Below, in pieces: positions 25,161 to 37,726 of a stretch of DNA of 64,000 bases. The translations under genes were made by a program, and so were the position numbers. Under the pieces are notes generated by a model. It was not told where the DNA came from, did no database searches, and saw only the letters and a program-made list of their open reading frames with translations. The stretch comes from Eledone cirrhosa. Lineage: Eukaryota. The stretch covers positions 291,462,001 through 291,526,000 of the forward strand of contig OZ024742.1 of assembly GCA_964016885.1 (NCBI GenBank), given 5' to 3'. Within the stretch, counting starts at the first letter, position 1. Each line of letters opens with the position of its first letter.

Positions 25161-26926
25161 TTTTCATTGTACAACTACAGGAGAAGTACCTAGCTAAAAG
25201 TAAACCCCTATACTTAGCTTTTGTCGACTTGGAGAAAGCCTTCGACAGAGTCCCCCGTTCCATTATCTGGTGGTCTCTTAGAAAACTAGGTGTTGACGAA
25301 TGGCTTGTGAGAGCTATACAAGCCATGTATAAAGAAACAGTCAGTAAGGTTAGAATTAACAACGAATATAGTGAAGAGTTTAGCGTAAAAGTTGGTGTCC
25401 ATCAGGGCTCTGTACTTAGCCCCCTACTATTCATTATTGCCCTTCAGGCTATAACAGAGGAGTTCAAGACCGGCTGCCCATGGGAACTCCTATACGCAGA
25501 TGATCTAACGCTCATAGCTGAATCAATGACCGAACTAGAGAAGAAATTCCAAACGTGGAAGCACGGCCTAGAATCAAAAGGCCTTAAAATTAACCTGGCT
25601 AAGACTAAAGTTCTAGTTTGTAGGAAAGAAAATAAGGCGGCGGTCCCATCGGGGAAATGGCCATGCTCAGTGTGTAGGAAAGGCGTAGGTAGAAACTCCA
25701 TTTTATGTCCCAAATGCAAAGTATGGGTGCATAAAAGATGTAGTGGGATCACAGGTAAGCTAACTAAGAACATAGATTTTACATGTGGCCGGTGCTCTGG
25801 TGCAATAAGTAGCAGCAAGTGCACACAAAATACTAGCTCCTTCAACTGCGCAGAGGGTTCTATAGAAATAGTGGACAGCTTCCGTTATCTGGGTGACAAA
25901 ATCAGCAGTGGGGGAGGGTGCTCTGAAAGTACAGTAGCTAGAGTCAGAACTGGATGGAAAAAGTTCAGAGAGCTTATACCACTATTAGCCGCTAGAGGGT
26001 TCTCCCTAAAAATGAAAGGCAGGTTATACGATGCCTACATACGAACAGCAATGCTGCATGGCAGTGAGACCTGGGCATTGTGTGCAGAGGATATACGCAG
26101 ACTAGAGAGGAACGAAGCTTGCATGCTCCGCTGGATGTGCAATAGTAATATACGTGAACGGCAAAGCATAAACGAACTAAGGAAAAAATTAGAAATAAGA
26201 GGGATCAGATGTTGTTTACTCGAGAGAAGGCTACGTTGGTACGGTCACGTGATGCGCATGAAAGACGACAGCTGTATAACAAAGTGCAGGGCAATAAAGA
26301 TAGACGGTAGCCACGGAATAGGCAGACCTAGAAAAACCTGGGATGAGCTGATAAACTCCGACCTCACACACTTACACCTCTCCAAGACAATGTCACTGGA
26401 CCGAGACCTTTGGCGGTACTCAGTAACAGAGAAGACCCGCCTTGCCAGTAGGCATCTCTAACAAAATACACCCCGTCCCGCCACCACCCCCACCCCATCC
26501 ACACCACCCGTTCTATGTAAAGTTATGTTGGTCCCACAACATCCAGGCCGAAACAAATGAGATCGTGTAGGTGTCACGACAAAAAACACACAGTCCACGC
26601 TGTAAATGTGGCCGTGTAGGCAACACGGTAAAAACCTCCCAGCCCCACACTGTAAATGTGGTTGGTGTTAGGAAGGGCATCCAGCTGTAGAAAACCCGCC
26701 AGACAGTCCACGCTGTAATGTGGCCGTGTAGGCAACACGGTAAAAACCTCCCAGCCCCACACTGTAAATGTGGTTGGTGTTAGGAAGGGCATCCAACTGT
26801 AGAAAACCCGCCAGACAGTCCTATGCGAGCAAGACAACCACTCTTGCCTCAAGTGGGAAAACCCCCGTCCAAACCCATGCAAGCGTGGAACACGGACGCT
26901 AAACCTGATGATGATGATGATGATGA
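25161..26926 (+). mobile_element. RTE-clade LINE family B, 5'-truncated, open RT-to-C-terminus frame
   Basis: ORF 25229-26461 is uninterrupted: [22 protein letters not shown]4HC3 cluster, LRWYGHV. Long structured 3' UTR and (TGA)n tail. Confidence 0.92.
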
Positions 26927-26956
26927 TACGTACATACATATATACGTACATACATA

Positions 26957-27288
26957 TCATCATCATCATCATCAACGTTTAACGTCCGTGTTCCACGCTT
27001 GCATGGGTTTGGACGGGGGTAGTCCCACTTGAGGCAAGAGTGATTGTCTTGCTCGCATAGGACTGTCTGGCAGGTTTTCTACAGTTAGATGCCCTTCCTA
27101 ACACCAACCACATTTACAGTGTGGGTCTGGGAGGTTTTTACCGTGTTGCCTACACGGCCACATTACAGCGTGGACTGTGTGTTTTTTTGTCGTGACACCT
27201 ACACGATCTCATTTGTTTCGGCCTCGATGGCGCGGCACCAACATAACTTTACATAGGACGGGGTGGTGTGGATGGGGTGGGGGTGGTG

Positions 27289-27292
<4 letters not shown>
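26957..27292 (-). mobile_element. RTE family B 3' UTR copy, tail-to-tail with the preceding element
   Basis: Reverse complement of 26476-26926, lacking one internal duplicated unit. Confidence 0.88.
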
Positions 27293-27329
<37 letters not shown>

Positions 27330-27505
27330 CATATATATATATACATTCATATATATATATACATTCATATATATATATACATTCATATATATATATACAT
27401 TCATATATATATATACATTCATATATATATATACATTCATATATATATATACATTCATATATATATATACATTCATATATATACATATACATACACACAC
27501 ACACA
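27293..27505. repeat. (TA)n / 16-bp ATATATATATACATTC tandem array
   Basis: About nine regular units are visible. Confidence 0.9.
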
Positions 27506-27695
27506 TAATTTTTATAAGGTGTTAACCAACTAGAGTCGTGCAATACACACTCCAATCAGTTAACAATGATGCTAAAGAATAAACACTCAAAACATGTACT
27601 AATCCAAGTATGTTTTTGTAGTCCTAGGCAGAGTATACATAGAGATCAGTAAATATTAGTGAAGACCATATGAAGTTGTGCATAAATTTATTCAG

Positions 27696-27774
27696 CTATT
27701 ATACATATTTCTCTGGGTTTGACAATTACGTGGTGTGATTCCCACGTAACTATCAACCTGAGTCCTTCAGATAG
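27696..27774 (-). ncRNA. Degenerate minimal hammerhead ribozyme
   Basis: Minus strand: CTAT-CTGAAGG (A9 changed)-15-bp stem TTGATAGTTACGTGG/CCACGTAATTGTCAA-GAAA-TATGTA-TA-ATAG, then AATAAA. Confidence 0.55.
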
Positions 27775-27904
27775 TATTCAGGGATAAAACAAGTAACTTC
27801 TAAAGTTTATTGATACAAGGAGCCAGCATATAGCCTGTTACTATTAAGCTGGCCAGCCATGTATTATATTATCTCTACTTATGTACTACATACAGGTCTA
27901 AGTA

Positions 27905-28283
27905 GAGAACGCTGGAGAGAAACGAAGAAAGCATGCTTTGATGGATGTGCAATGTTAATGTGTGTGAACGGCAAAGCAAGGTTGAACTGTGAGGAAAACC
28001 GAGTAAAGAGGAATCAGATGTAGTGTGCAAGAATGACGACTGTGCTGGTATGGGCATGTATGTAATGCACATGAATGATGATTGTTGGATGAAGAAGTGC
28101 CTAGAAACCCTAGTGGAATGAAGCTGCAAGAGAGGAAGACCAAGGATGACTTAGGTAGATGGGGTGACAGTTGATCTGAAATTGCTGAATTTCCCAGAGA
28201 AGATGACAAACAAACACAATAAGTGCTGAAAAAAAACATCCAACCAAGGCAAGCATGGAAAAGTGGATGTATAGTGGTGATGA
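27905..28283 (+). mobile_element. Old RTE 3' fragment
   Basis: LERNEESML*WMC, WYGH, RGRP-like remnants and the GCAAGCATGGAAAAGTGGATGT tail. Confidence 0.75.
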
Positions 28284-29714
28284 TATATATATACAGATAC
28301 ACATACATATATATACACGTATATATATATATGTATATATATCTATAGCAAATTATATTTGAGTGGGTAGCCGAGACTGCACCAACATGTATATATGTAA
28401 CTATCATCATTTATATATATATATTTAGACACACACACACACATTTGTATGAATTGTTAAATAGAAAGTAAAAATTAAAGCTTTCTCTAGATGTTTGGTG
28501 ACAGATTAATAGGCAAGTAGCAAGTAGTTCTCAGTGTAGGCAACATAGCGTATGTTAGTGTATATAGACAGCAACACACAACCCGTAAGCCTTAAAAGAT
28601 TATAGATTATGAACCACAGTTCAACTGGCCACACCACATCAAACCACACACATACACACACACCAAACCACATGCACACAAATGCACACGTGCACAAATC
28701 ACATTATATGTGTTTGAGTTGTTAAACTGAGTAAAAACTAAGAAATTGATAAGATGCTTAATGACAGTTTAACAGCCAAACAGTAAGAATTCTGAATCAC
28801 ACTGTGTGAGTGTTATCACTAATTAATACTAGTCAATTAAACTTGAACTATATGTAAATATGCTATCAAAAAGAAAAAGTAAAGAAAAAAGAAGGAAATA
28901 GTTTACAAAAGCTATAAGACATTAGTTTCTTTCATATCTGAGTGTCTGGAAGTATGTAAGCGATTCCTGATGATATATAAATACATTAAAGGTCAGTAGC
29001 TTCATTTGATTACCAACTCGGTCTGACAATCCGTCCAGTCTTGGCTAGCAAGGAAAATGGATGTGAATTTATGATGATTGAAATGCATTCACTATCATAC
29101 TCTTGCTGCTAAAGTAGTTGGGACACGATCATGTGAAACTAGATTCATATTTATTATACATAAACATGTATGTGCTTCCATATACACCTTTATTCTGAAC
29201 CACACTGTGTTAGTATTATCACTAAGAAATACTAACAAGTCAAGCTTGCATTATGTGTAAATAAGATTAACTTTGCCTTTCATCCTTACGGGGTCGATAA
29301 AATAAAGTACCAGTAATGCACCGGGTAATTGCTGACCTTGTGCCAAAAGTAGAAACAATTATGTGTAATTAAGCTATCAAAGACTATTGTTTGTCAAGAA
29401 AATCCATAAAAAGATATTGTCTTCTATTCCCTAGTATCCTGTAACAAGTAATTGTTTCTAATGCTGGATAAAAAAAATCCTGAAATACAAGTATATGGTA
29501 CACATACATGAGTAACAATGTGAATGTGTGATATGATCACAGCTTAAAATAGAGTGAGACTATATATATGTTTATTACACAAACATATTGTATATGGGTT
29601 CATGTACAGCTTTATTCTGAATAGTAAATAGTCCTCAGCGAAGAAGCAGAGTGTATGTTGTTGTATGTAACCAGTAACAACTAACACTAGGTTTTACAAG
29701 ATTATGAACCACAG

Positions 29715-32700
29715 CTCAGACTCAGACTCAGAAGCTCCCGCGTCTTGCGACACATGAGGCAATCATAGTGTTCCACCGCGTTCGGTCAGCAGCCAGTTGC
29801 ACAGCGTCCCACCATTGTCTGTTTGTCGCTCGCAGGTCCCTCTCAACTGTCTGGCGCCAGTTCATTTTGGGTCGCCCTCTCCATCTGCTTCTCTGCGGGC
29901 TCCATTTAAGTACTTAGTTCGCCAGTCTCTCCGGGGGAAGTCTCAAAGTGTGTCCAAACCAGCCCAGGCATCGCTTGCAGATGGTAGAATAGACTAGCTG
30001 CTGGTTGGTGCGGTTCCTGACTTCCTGGTTTGTTACATGGTCACTCCATTTAATCCTCAGGATCTTTCGCAGACATCTGGAATCAAATGCGTCCAACTTC
30101 TTCTCTTGGCTGGTCTTAAGGTGCCATGTTTCACTTCCGTACAAGCGTGTGGACAGCACGTTGCTGTTGTAGAATCTCATCTTTGTTTTGAGGGTGAACT
30201 TCCCGCTCTTCCAGATCTTGTCAAGCTGGTTAAATGCTGCTGAAGCCTTTCCCATTCTACATTGTAGTTCACTGTCCATGGTGCCCTCATTGTTAATGGA
30301 GCTTCCTAGGTAGGTGAAGTTGTCCACTATCTCCACCTCCCCCTGTTCAATGAAGACACTGGTTGGTGGTGGGTGTATCCCAGATAACATGCTTTTGGTC
30401 TTCTTGGCACTGATATTGAGACCTAAGCTTCCTGCTTCGACATTGATATTGTTCACAATGATTTGCAGGTCAGCTGTGCTCTCTGCAAGTGCAGCAATAT
30501 CGTCCGCAAAGTCCATGTCAGACAATTTTTGCTCTCCCACCCAAGATATACATACCCTGGTCTTTAGACGCTCTTCTTAGTACCCAGTCAATGGCTATGG
30601 CAAAGATAATTGGAGAGAGTGAGCAACCTTGACGCACGCCAGTAACCACCTCAAACCAGTCACTGTACCCATCCTCTGTCCGTATGCAGCACTTGGAGTT
30701 TGCGTAAATCTGTTTGATTGCCGAAATGACTTTCTGGGGCAGACCATACTCATGCATGATGCTCCAGAGCGATGGTCGATGAATGCTATCGAATCCTTTG
30801 GAGAAATCGATGAAGCTGATGGCGAGGGGCCTCTGGAATTTGTTGTACCTTTCAATGATGCAGCGTAGCGTAAAGATCTGCTCTGCTCAGGAATGTTTTG
30901 GACGGAACCCTGCCTGTTGTTCTCGCAGTTCCCGGTCTACCATGCCACGCATGCGGTTCAGGATCACTAGACAATAGATCTTCCGTGGTATGGAGGGAAG
31001 TGTCACTACCCTCCAGTTGTCATAATCGGCAAGGTTGCCCTTCTTGGGGATACAGACATCCGCTCCGTTTCTCCAGTCTTCTGGGAGTTCACCCGTGTTC
31101 CACACAAGATTACATAAGTGGTCCATCTACTTGACCATGCTTTCGCCTCCTGACTTCAGCATTTCAGCAGAAATGCCATCCATACCTGGTGACTTGTTAT
31201 TCTTCAGGGTTTTGATGGCCATGCGGACTTCCTTCTCGGTGAAGTCATCAGTATTGATAGGTAACAAACTAGTAGGTTACTTAGTGTCTGCTGGCATACG
31301 TGGCTCCGGTCGGTTGAGGACTTCTTTGAAATGTTCAGCCCATCTGACTAACTTTTCTTCACCCTTGGAAAGCAGCGTACCATCTTTCGCTTTCACCGGG
31401 CCTGAGTTAGCTCTAGAACTGCCGGTGATTTTCTTGGCAATTTGGTACACAGAGCGCATGTCATTGCGTGCCGCAGCTGCTTCTGCCTCCTCTACCTTAC
31501 TCTCAAGCCACATTCGTTTGTCCTTCTCAACATACTGCTGATATACTTTGATGGCCTCTGGGGTAGTGGCATGCCTCTGCTGGTGTAGGGCTTTCCTTTC
31601 ATTAATTAGCTGCCAGGTGTTGTCGTTGATCCAAGCTTCTCTGAGGGACTTCCTGTAGCACAGGATTTCTTCCCCTGCAGTTTCCATAGTCTTCTTCATT
31701 TCCTCCCACCAATTGACCGAGCCTGGTGCAGACTCCTCAAGGACAGCAAATCTGTTCCTCAAAGCAGCCTCGAACTGTGCTTCTGTGTCACCATTCTTCA
31801 GCTTGGTAGTATCAAAATGCCTTGTAGTGGGTGCTTTCTTCTGCTTCCTCAGTCTGATTTTAAGTTTGGTAACAGACAGATAGTGGTCACTGCAGACATC
31901 TGCGCCTCGGTAGACTAGGACGTCCTGCAGGCAAGGAGTTCTCCATCTTGGGTCAATTGCAATGTGGTCTATTTGCGTCTTGGTCCTGTGGTCGTTCAAA
32001 GCCCATGTGACCTTGTGGATGTTCTTGTGGTCAAATAGTGACGAGCCAATTTTCATATTGTTCATGGCACAGAACTGGACAAACCTGTCCCCGTTGTCCG
32101 TGTGGTTTCCATAAGTATGGGGGCAAAGGACATGTTCAAAGCCAACCCTGCTTCCCCTGATCTGTGCGTTCATGTCTCCCATGATGATCAGGATGTCATG
32201 ACGTGGGGTTTTGTTGACAACATCTTGTAGTTGCTGGTAGAAAGCGTCCTTGTCATTGTCATTATATTCGTTGGTTGGAACATAGCACTGAGCTATGGTG
32301 ACCTTTGCATGTGATGTGGTGAATCTTGCTGTCATTAGGCATTTGTTGATAGGAATCCACTCCTCAAGGGCACTACTGGCAGCCCTGTCCATGGTGATTG
32401 CAACTCTATCTCGGTGGGTCCCGTTCTGACGGCCTGAGAACAGGATGGTCTTGTTTTCATGGACAAACTTCCCAGAGTCAGTTCAGCAGACCTCGCCGAG
32501 GCCCAGGATGTTAATTTTGTAAGCCTCCATTTCTCCGATAACTTGCGCAAGTTTGGATGGTTGGTACAGAGTTCTTATGTTCCAATATCCAATACGTGTG
32601 GTTGTTTTTGCAGACAGAATTCTGGTCCTCAGGATGTCGGATTCCTCATCGAGACTTTCGCCGACTTGCAATTTTTTTTATCCATTCTGTGAAGTTTAGC

Positions 32701-32738
32701 AATTTGAGACAAGCTTTCATAACTTCAGCTCAGATATT
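29715..32738 (-). mobile_element. RTE-clade LINE family C, near full length, disrupted
   Basis: WNIRTL, CYVPTNE, GDMNAQ, QIDH, SDH (APE); KSPG, NWR, QAGFR, GVRQGCSLSP, FADD, FTYLGS, YGSETW. (TCTGAG)n tail at 29715-29732. The 5' boundary is approximate. Confidence 0.9.
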
Positions 32739-32739
32739 T

Positions 32740-32912
32740 CACAGTCATCCTCTACTGCAGCCTCCTTTCACTGGGATCCCTTGGCACTTTTTCATTTACA
32801 AGCATCATGTGTCCATACCAGTGTAATCTTCTCTCTTGCACACTGCATCGGATTCCTCTTATGGCTAGTTCTTCTCTAAGCTCCTCCATACTTGGTTTTT
32901 TCATACACAACA
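32740..32912 (-). mobile_element. Old RTE C-terminal fragment
   Basis: ELREELAIRGIRCSVQERRLHWYGH. Confidence 0.75.
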
Positions 32913-33664
32913 ATATTACATATTCATTGTGTGTGTATGTGTGTGTATATATATGTATCTGGGAGTGTGTGTGTAAATACACACACTATTATTATGGGTG
33001 TAGTGTATTGTAAAACAGAGAGTAAAGACTAAAGATTTGATAAGATGCGTGGTGACAGTTTAATAGCCAAGTAATAAGTGGTTCTTGGTGAAAGCATCAG
33101 AAGAGTACAAAGAATATATCCATCATATTAAAGACATACTGACAACATAATATCCTCCATAAACTACTTTAGTCTCTCATTAATGAAGAACATGAACTGG
33201 TTCTTGGTAAAACCAAAAATACATCCTGGCTTTCGCTTAACTCTTATTGATCTGTGAGATTATTGCAGGATTCTAGGGAATTGGTTCAGTTCCTGGAATA
33301 TTATGCCATCTTTTTTTTTTTTATTCTTTGACTGTTTTCAGATATCAGACAGTGGCCATGATGCAGCATTGTCTTGAATGAATTTAGATCATATTGGCTC
33401 AGTACTTATTTTTTCAAGTTAGGTACTTATTTTTGTTGAACCATGTTAGACACATTTACATATCATCATCGTTATTTAATGTCCATTCTTTCAAGCTAGC
33501 AAGCATTAGGCAGGTCATCACAGAACAAGTCAGTACTTAACTGGAGCAACTGACTTCCCAGGCTAATAAAGTGTGTACAGTATTATACACTCAGTCAATT
33601 GTACACTAATATACACACCCGGTGAGATGTTGAGATGTATAGTAATATACATCCTGATTGAATA

Positions 33665-34525
33665 TAGCTTTTGAATGGACATGTAAGAAAGAAGGTGCAT
33701 GGCATGAGGAATGAAGAGGGTAAAAGGATTTTGGAGTTTGCTGATAGAGATGAGATGTCAATCAGTAACACTTAATTACAAAAAGAAAACAACAAACTTG
33801 TTACAAACACATCAGATGGGTGGGTCATCGTCAAATGTCAACTACCTGATGGTATATGAACAAGATAGGAGGAATGTTTGTGATACAAAGGTAATCTCAG
33901 AGGAGGAGGTTGTTATGCAGCAGTGTCAGGTGGTCTATGGTCCGAGGGTGAAAGGTAGGAGGAAATATCAACCAAAGCTGAACATGTGGAGTTTTAAAGA
34001 AGAAACAATGTAGAATCTGTGTGTTAGATAATGGTGATGTATATGGATGGACAAAAGGACCACCAAGACACTTAGAAACATAGTGGTTGGATGATGAAGC
34101 TTGAAAAATGAGTGACAAGAAAAGAAGATTCAGAAAATTATATGGTAGCAGAAGAGACAGTTCATCAGGACTACATGGCAGCCAATAGAGCTGCAAAGAA
34201 AGAAGACAAGACCATTGCTGAGGATGATGGGAATAGAACCAGTGATAAATGTTGTGAAGGGAAATGGAATGAGATGGTTAGGTTATATATTGAAGGATGA
34301 AAGTGACTGGGTGAGAGAAGTGGTGGAAATGAATGTGGAAGAAAGGAGAGGAATAGGAAGATCAGGAAAGACATTGCTAAAACTGATTGAGAAGGCAATG
34401 CAAGTCAGAGGGTTGGTGAAAGGGCGATACAGACAATAGGGATAATGAAAAAGCATGTCTTGGGTTCTTCTCCCTCACCAAGGCTAACCTCTACTTTAGC
34501 GGGGGAAGAGAGGTGACCTTAACCC
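33665..34525 (+). mobile_element. Heavily deleted RTE remnant (endonuclease pieces joined to C-terminus)
   Basis: LNGHV..VHG.RNEEGKRILEFA, then MRWLGYIL..ERRGIGRSGKT. Confidence 0.65.
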
Positions 34526-36576
34526 CCCCCCCTGCATCACTCTATTTTAAGCTGTAATCATATCACACCTACCTTGTTGTATAGATGTACAGTATAATAT
34601 ACATTTTGTCATATGTCCAGTATTATAGACAGTCATAAGTATAACTATTTATACTCAATCAAATGTAGTAATATACATTCAGTCATACATAATGTAATAT
34701 ACACTATATCAATATTTACAGTAATACACCCTGTCAGATGTACAGTATTATTTACATCCTATCATATACACACAGTCAGTTTTTATATAGACAAACATAG
34801 TAAGTATAATATATTTCAGAAAGGAAATAGTTTCTGTACATATGGTGTAATGAAACTTTTTCTCAGAAATGGCTAATTCAAAGTCTATCTGTCTTTCAAT
34901 CTCATACACACACTCTCTCACTGTATCTCTCTCTCTCTCTCTGTATCACTCCCATCTTGTTTATTTTTCTCTCTCATTAGAAATACATTGTTTATGTTTA
35001 ATCAACTATACCTGTCTGTATCTCCCTCTCACACACACACATTTTCTCAGTGACTGGGGGCAGTCGGGAAACAAACAACTGAACTGTGTGTGTGTGTGTT
35101 GCTGTGAAAATAATGAAGGTTCCAAACAGAAAAGAAAGAACTAGTATATACACCTGATGAACTCACCATGTTGTCAGGTATGTTATACAAGGCAGGTGTA
35201 TTTTACAAGGTTCACCTCCAGGGGTGTCCCACTAACTTCACTGTCTGGTCAAGTTGTACACAATCTGTAAATAATAACTCCTGTTGTTGTTACTTCCCCA
35301 GTGGAATTAAGTTTCATTACAAATACACTGCATAATAATGTATGTATGTATGTATGTATGTATGTATATATATATATGAAAGAGTTGGTGTTTTTTTCTC
35401 CCCCACCCATTCCTCTTTTCTTTCTATTTATCTTCTATTTCTAACTATCTTCTGAAGAAAGACTCTTCCTGCTATTTCAAGCGTTAAACTAATATATTTA
35501 TTCAATATACTGTGTCGTTTGCTTTGTTATTTCTGTTTACTTTTTACATACACACATATATGTGTATGTATCTATATATATATATATATATATACACCCA
35601 TGCGCGCGTGTTGACGATAGAGGGGGATCCACCCATAGAAAACTTGTCAAACAAAAGGTTGGGAGGACCTTTGAGTTAAATCAACATGATAAGCGCACCC
35701 AAAACAGACTGTAATGAGGGTGGTGATAGAAACATATTTAGTGTTGGCAGTACAATAAAATGCACTTAATAGAGCATGGAATCATATGTAAGTAAATCTA
35801 TGAGGCCAGGATATGACCCCACCCAAACCTGTTACTAGTAGAACTAGGCATAGGCGAATAGTCTGGTATAACCCATAGTAATCTGCGGGACTGCAGACCA
35901 GCCTCACCAGATTATACATTAGAATGCTGGATAGGTACTTCTCTAGAACTCACAGGTACCATAAGGTTTTCAACAGGTACATGGTGAAATACTCATATTT
36001 CACCATGTGCAACTTAGGTTAACGACTTGGAGACGTGTCTAATTGTGATAGGGCGAACCAGACTATCCCTGGTGAGGGTAATGCTGAGCTTAGGGCTGCC
36101 TTGATGAACTCCGAACACCTGGGAGACACTTTGCAAGATTCTGGGGTCAGTCTCTTTGGCATCTCCACTGGACATCCGACTGTGGATACACTGGTGCCAA
36201 GCAGATTATGCAACTGCAGAAACTTTGATCATATGGGATCACTTTAGGTTCTTAATAGGCTTAACACTATTTTCGGACATAAGTAAAACGTTTTTACCCA
36301 GACACAGACTAATGTTAGAATAGACACTCACATACTCTGAATTACATACAATATTCCACTGGTGCATTGATTTAACCAACCACCTATCCTGGATATGTAA
36401 TATAGTAGTCCATGACACAGTACAATTTGACCCACTATGAAGGGGAGTTAGTCATAATCTTTTTAAATTCCACCTAGGGATGCAAACCCATATGTCTGGG
36501 TCAGAGATGAGATCTATGGCTGGCAACATTCATTGAGCTGAATAACTAGCAGTAGAGAAATTCTCTTCTCTCTTAA

Positions 36577-36784
36577 GCCTTTAGCATTTACATTACTCTA
36601 TATATACTATTGTATTTTCATGGTAAAGACTTTACCTCAAATAATATTAAATCTATGAGATTTTCATGTTATTTATTTTGAGAACAATACCTTAACATCA
36701 GAATGAGTGGCCAGTTACAGCTGGTTTGAACAGAAAATGGTGAGAGAATTCTGTCCAGATATGGCCAGTTTAAATGCTAAAGGG
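36577..36784. mobile_element. piggyBac-type MITE (copy 2, opposite orientation)
   Basis: TTAA-GCCTTTAGCATTT...AATGCTAAAGGG-TTAA. Confidence 0.8.
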
Positions 36785-37604
36785 TTAATGCCCACTATTC
36801 ATTAACTACATTAATACTCAGAATCCCTTTCTTCTCACTACCTTTAAGAGTTTATACTGTACTACATATTTAACATATCTTTTTTATATCTCTCCACGAC
36901 CATCAATTTTCTGATATATATATAGGGTGTTGGCATAATTGTATCATGGTATTTTTCACATTTCTCACGTTTTGTTTATTCTGGTTTTTGTATCTATTCC
37001 TCTTCGATTTTTATAATTTATTAATTTTTTTCTTTCTTTTTTTAATGTATTTTTATGTATTATTTCTTTATTTTGCTTCTTATTTCTTTTGTTACCATTT
37101 TTATCATTTTTCATTTTAATCTTAATTCTCATTTATGCACATCTTATAATATATTATATATTAGTTATGCTACTACTATTATCACTACTGCTACTGTTGC
37201 TACAGTCATTGATACTAATGGCTAGTTCCTCCTATTTAACTGTGGTTGTTGGTGTTGCTGCTTTGACTGTTGTTGTGGCTGATAGTTAACATCATCTTCC
37301 TCCACCACCACATTGCCTCTTTTTGCTATCAAAGGAAGGCCATCATGCAACTCCTTACTGTTAAAGAATGTATAACTGACCTGATACCAGAGTGAGTAGA
37401 CAATCTCAGTTCTTGGTGCCACTTGGGCATTCAAGAACGAAAGGAATGTGAAAGGTTGGAACTACCTTCAACCAATAACTAGGGATTGTTTACATCATTT
37501 GGGATGATGCTGTGAGGTAACAACATCAATAACCTGCCCATGGCATATCACAGAATAGAATTACATGAGTAATTTTTATTCATGTAATTTTAGTTCACTT
37601 AATA

Positions 37605-37663
37605 GCTGTCTGATGAAGTTATAACTGTTACATAACATTTACCATTGAAATACATATAATAGT
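37605..37663 (+). ncRNA. Degenerate minimal hammerhead ribozyme
   Basis: Stem I GCTGT/ATAGT; CTGATGA 37610-37616; GAAA 37647-37650; TACATA-TA; AATAAA at ~37676. Stem II is imperfect. Confidence 0.55.
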
Positions 37664-37726
37664 GATTATGTAATTAATAAAATTAGCTAAATTCTATCCT
37701 ACAGGCTTCCACCTCATTGTTATATA

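Noticed and set aside
24130-25197. Long Y/I/H/T-rich ORFs (also 27177-27555, 43495-44908, 47674-48528, 48999-53923)
   Set aside because: These are translations of stop-poor microsatellites.
35446-35492. Hammerhead remnant (CTGAAGA...CAAGCGTTAAA)
   Set aside because: The GAAA core is lost and stem II does not pair; at best a fossil.
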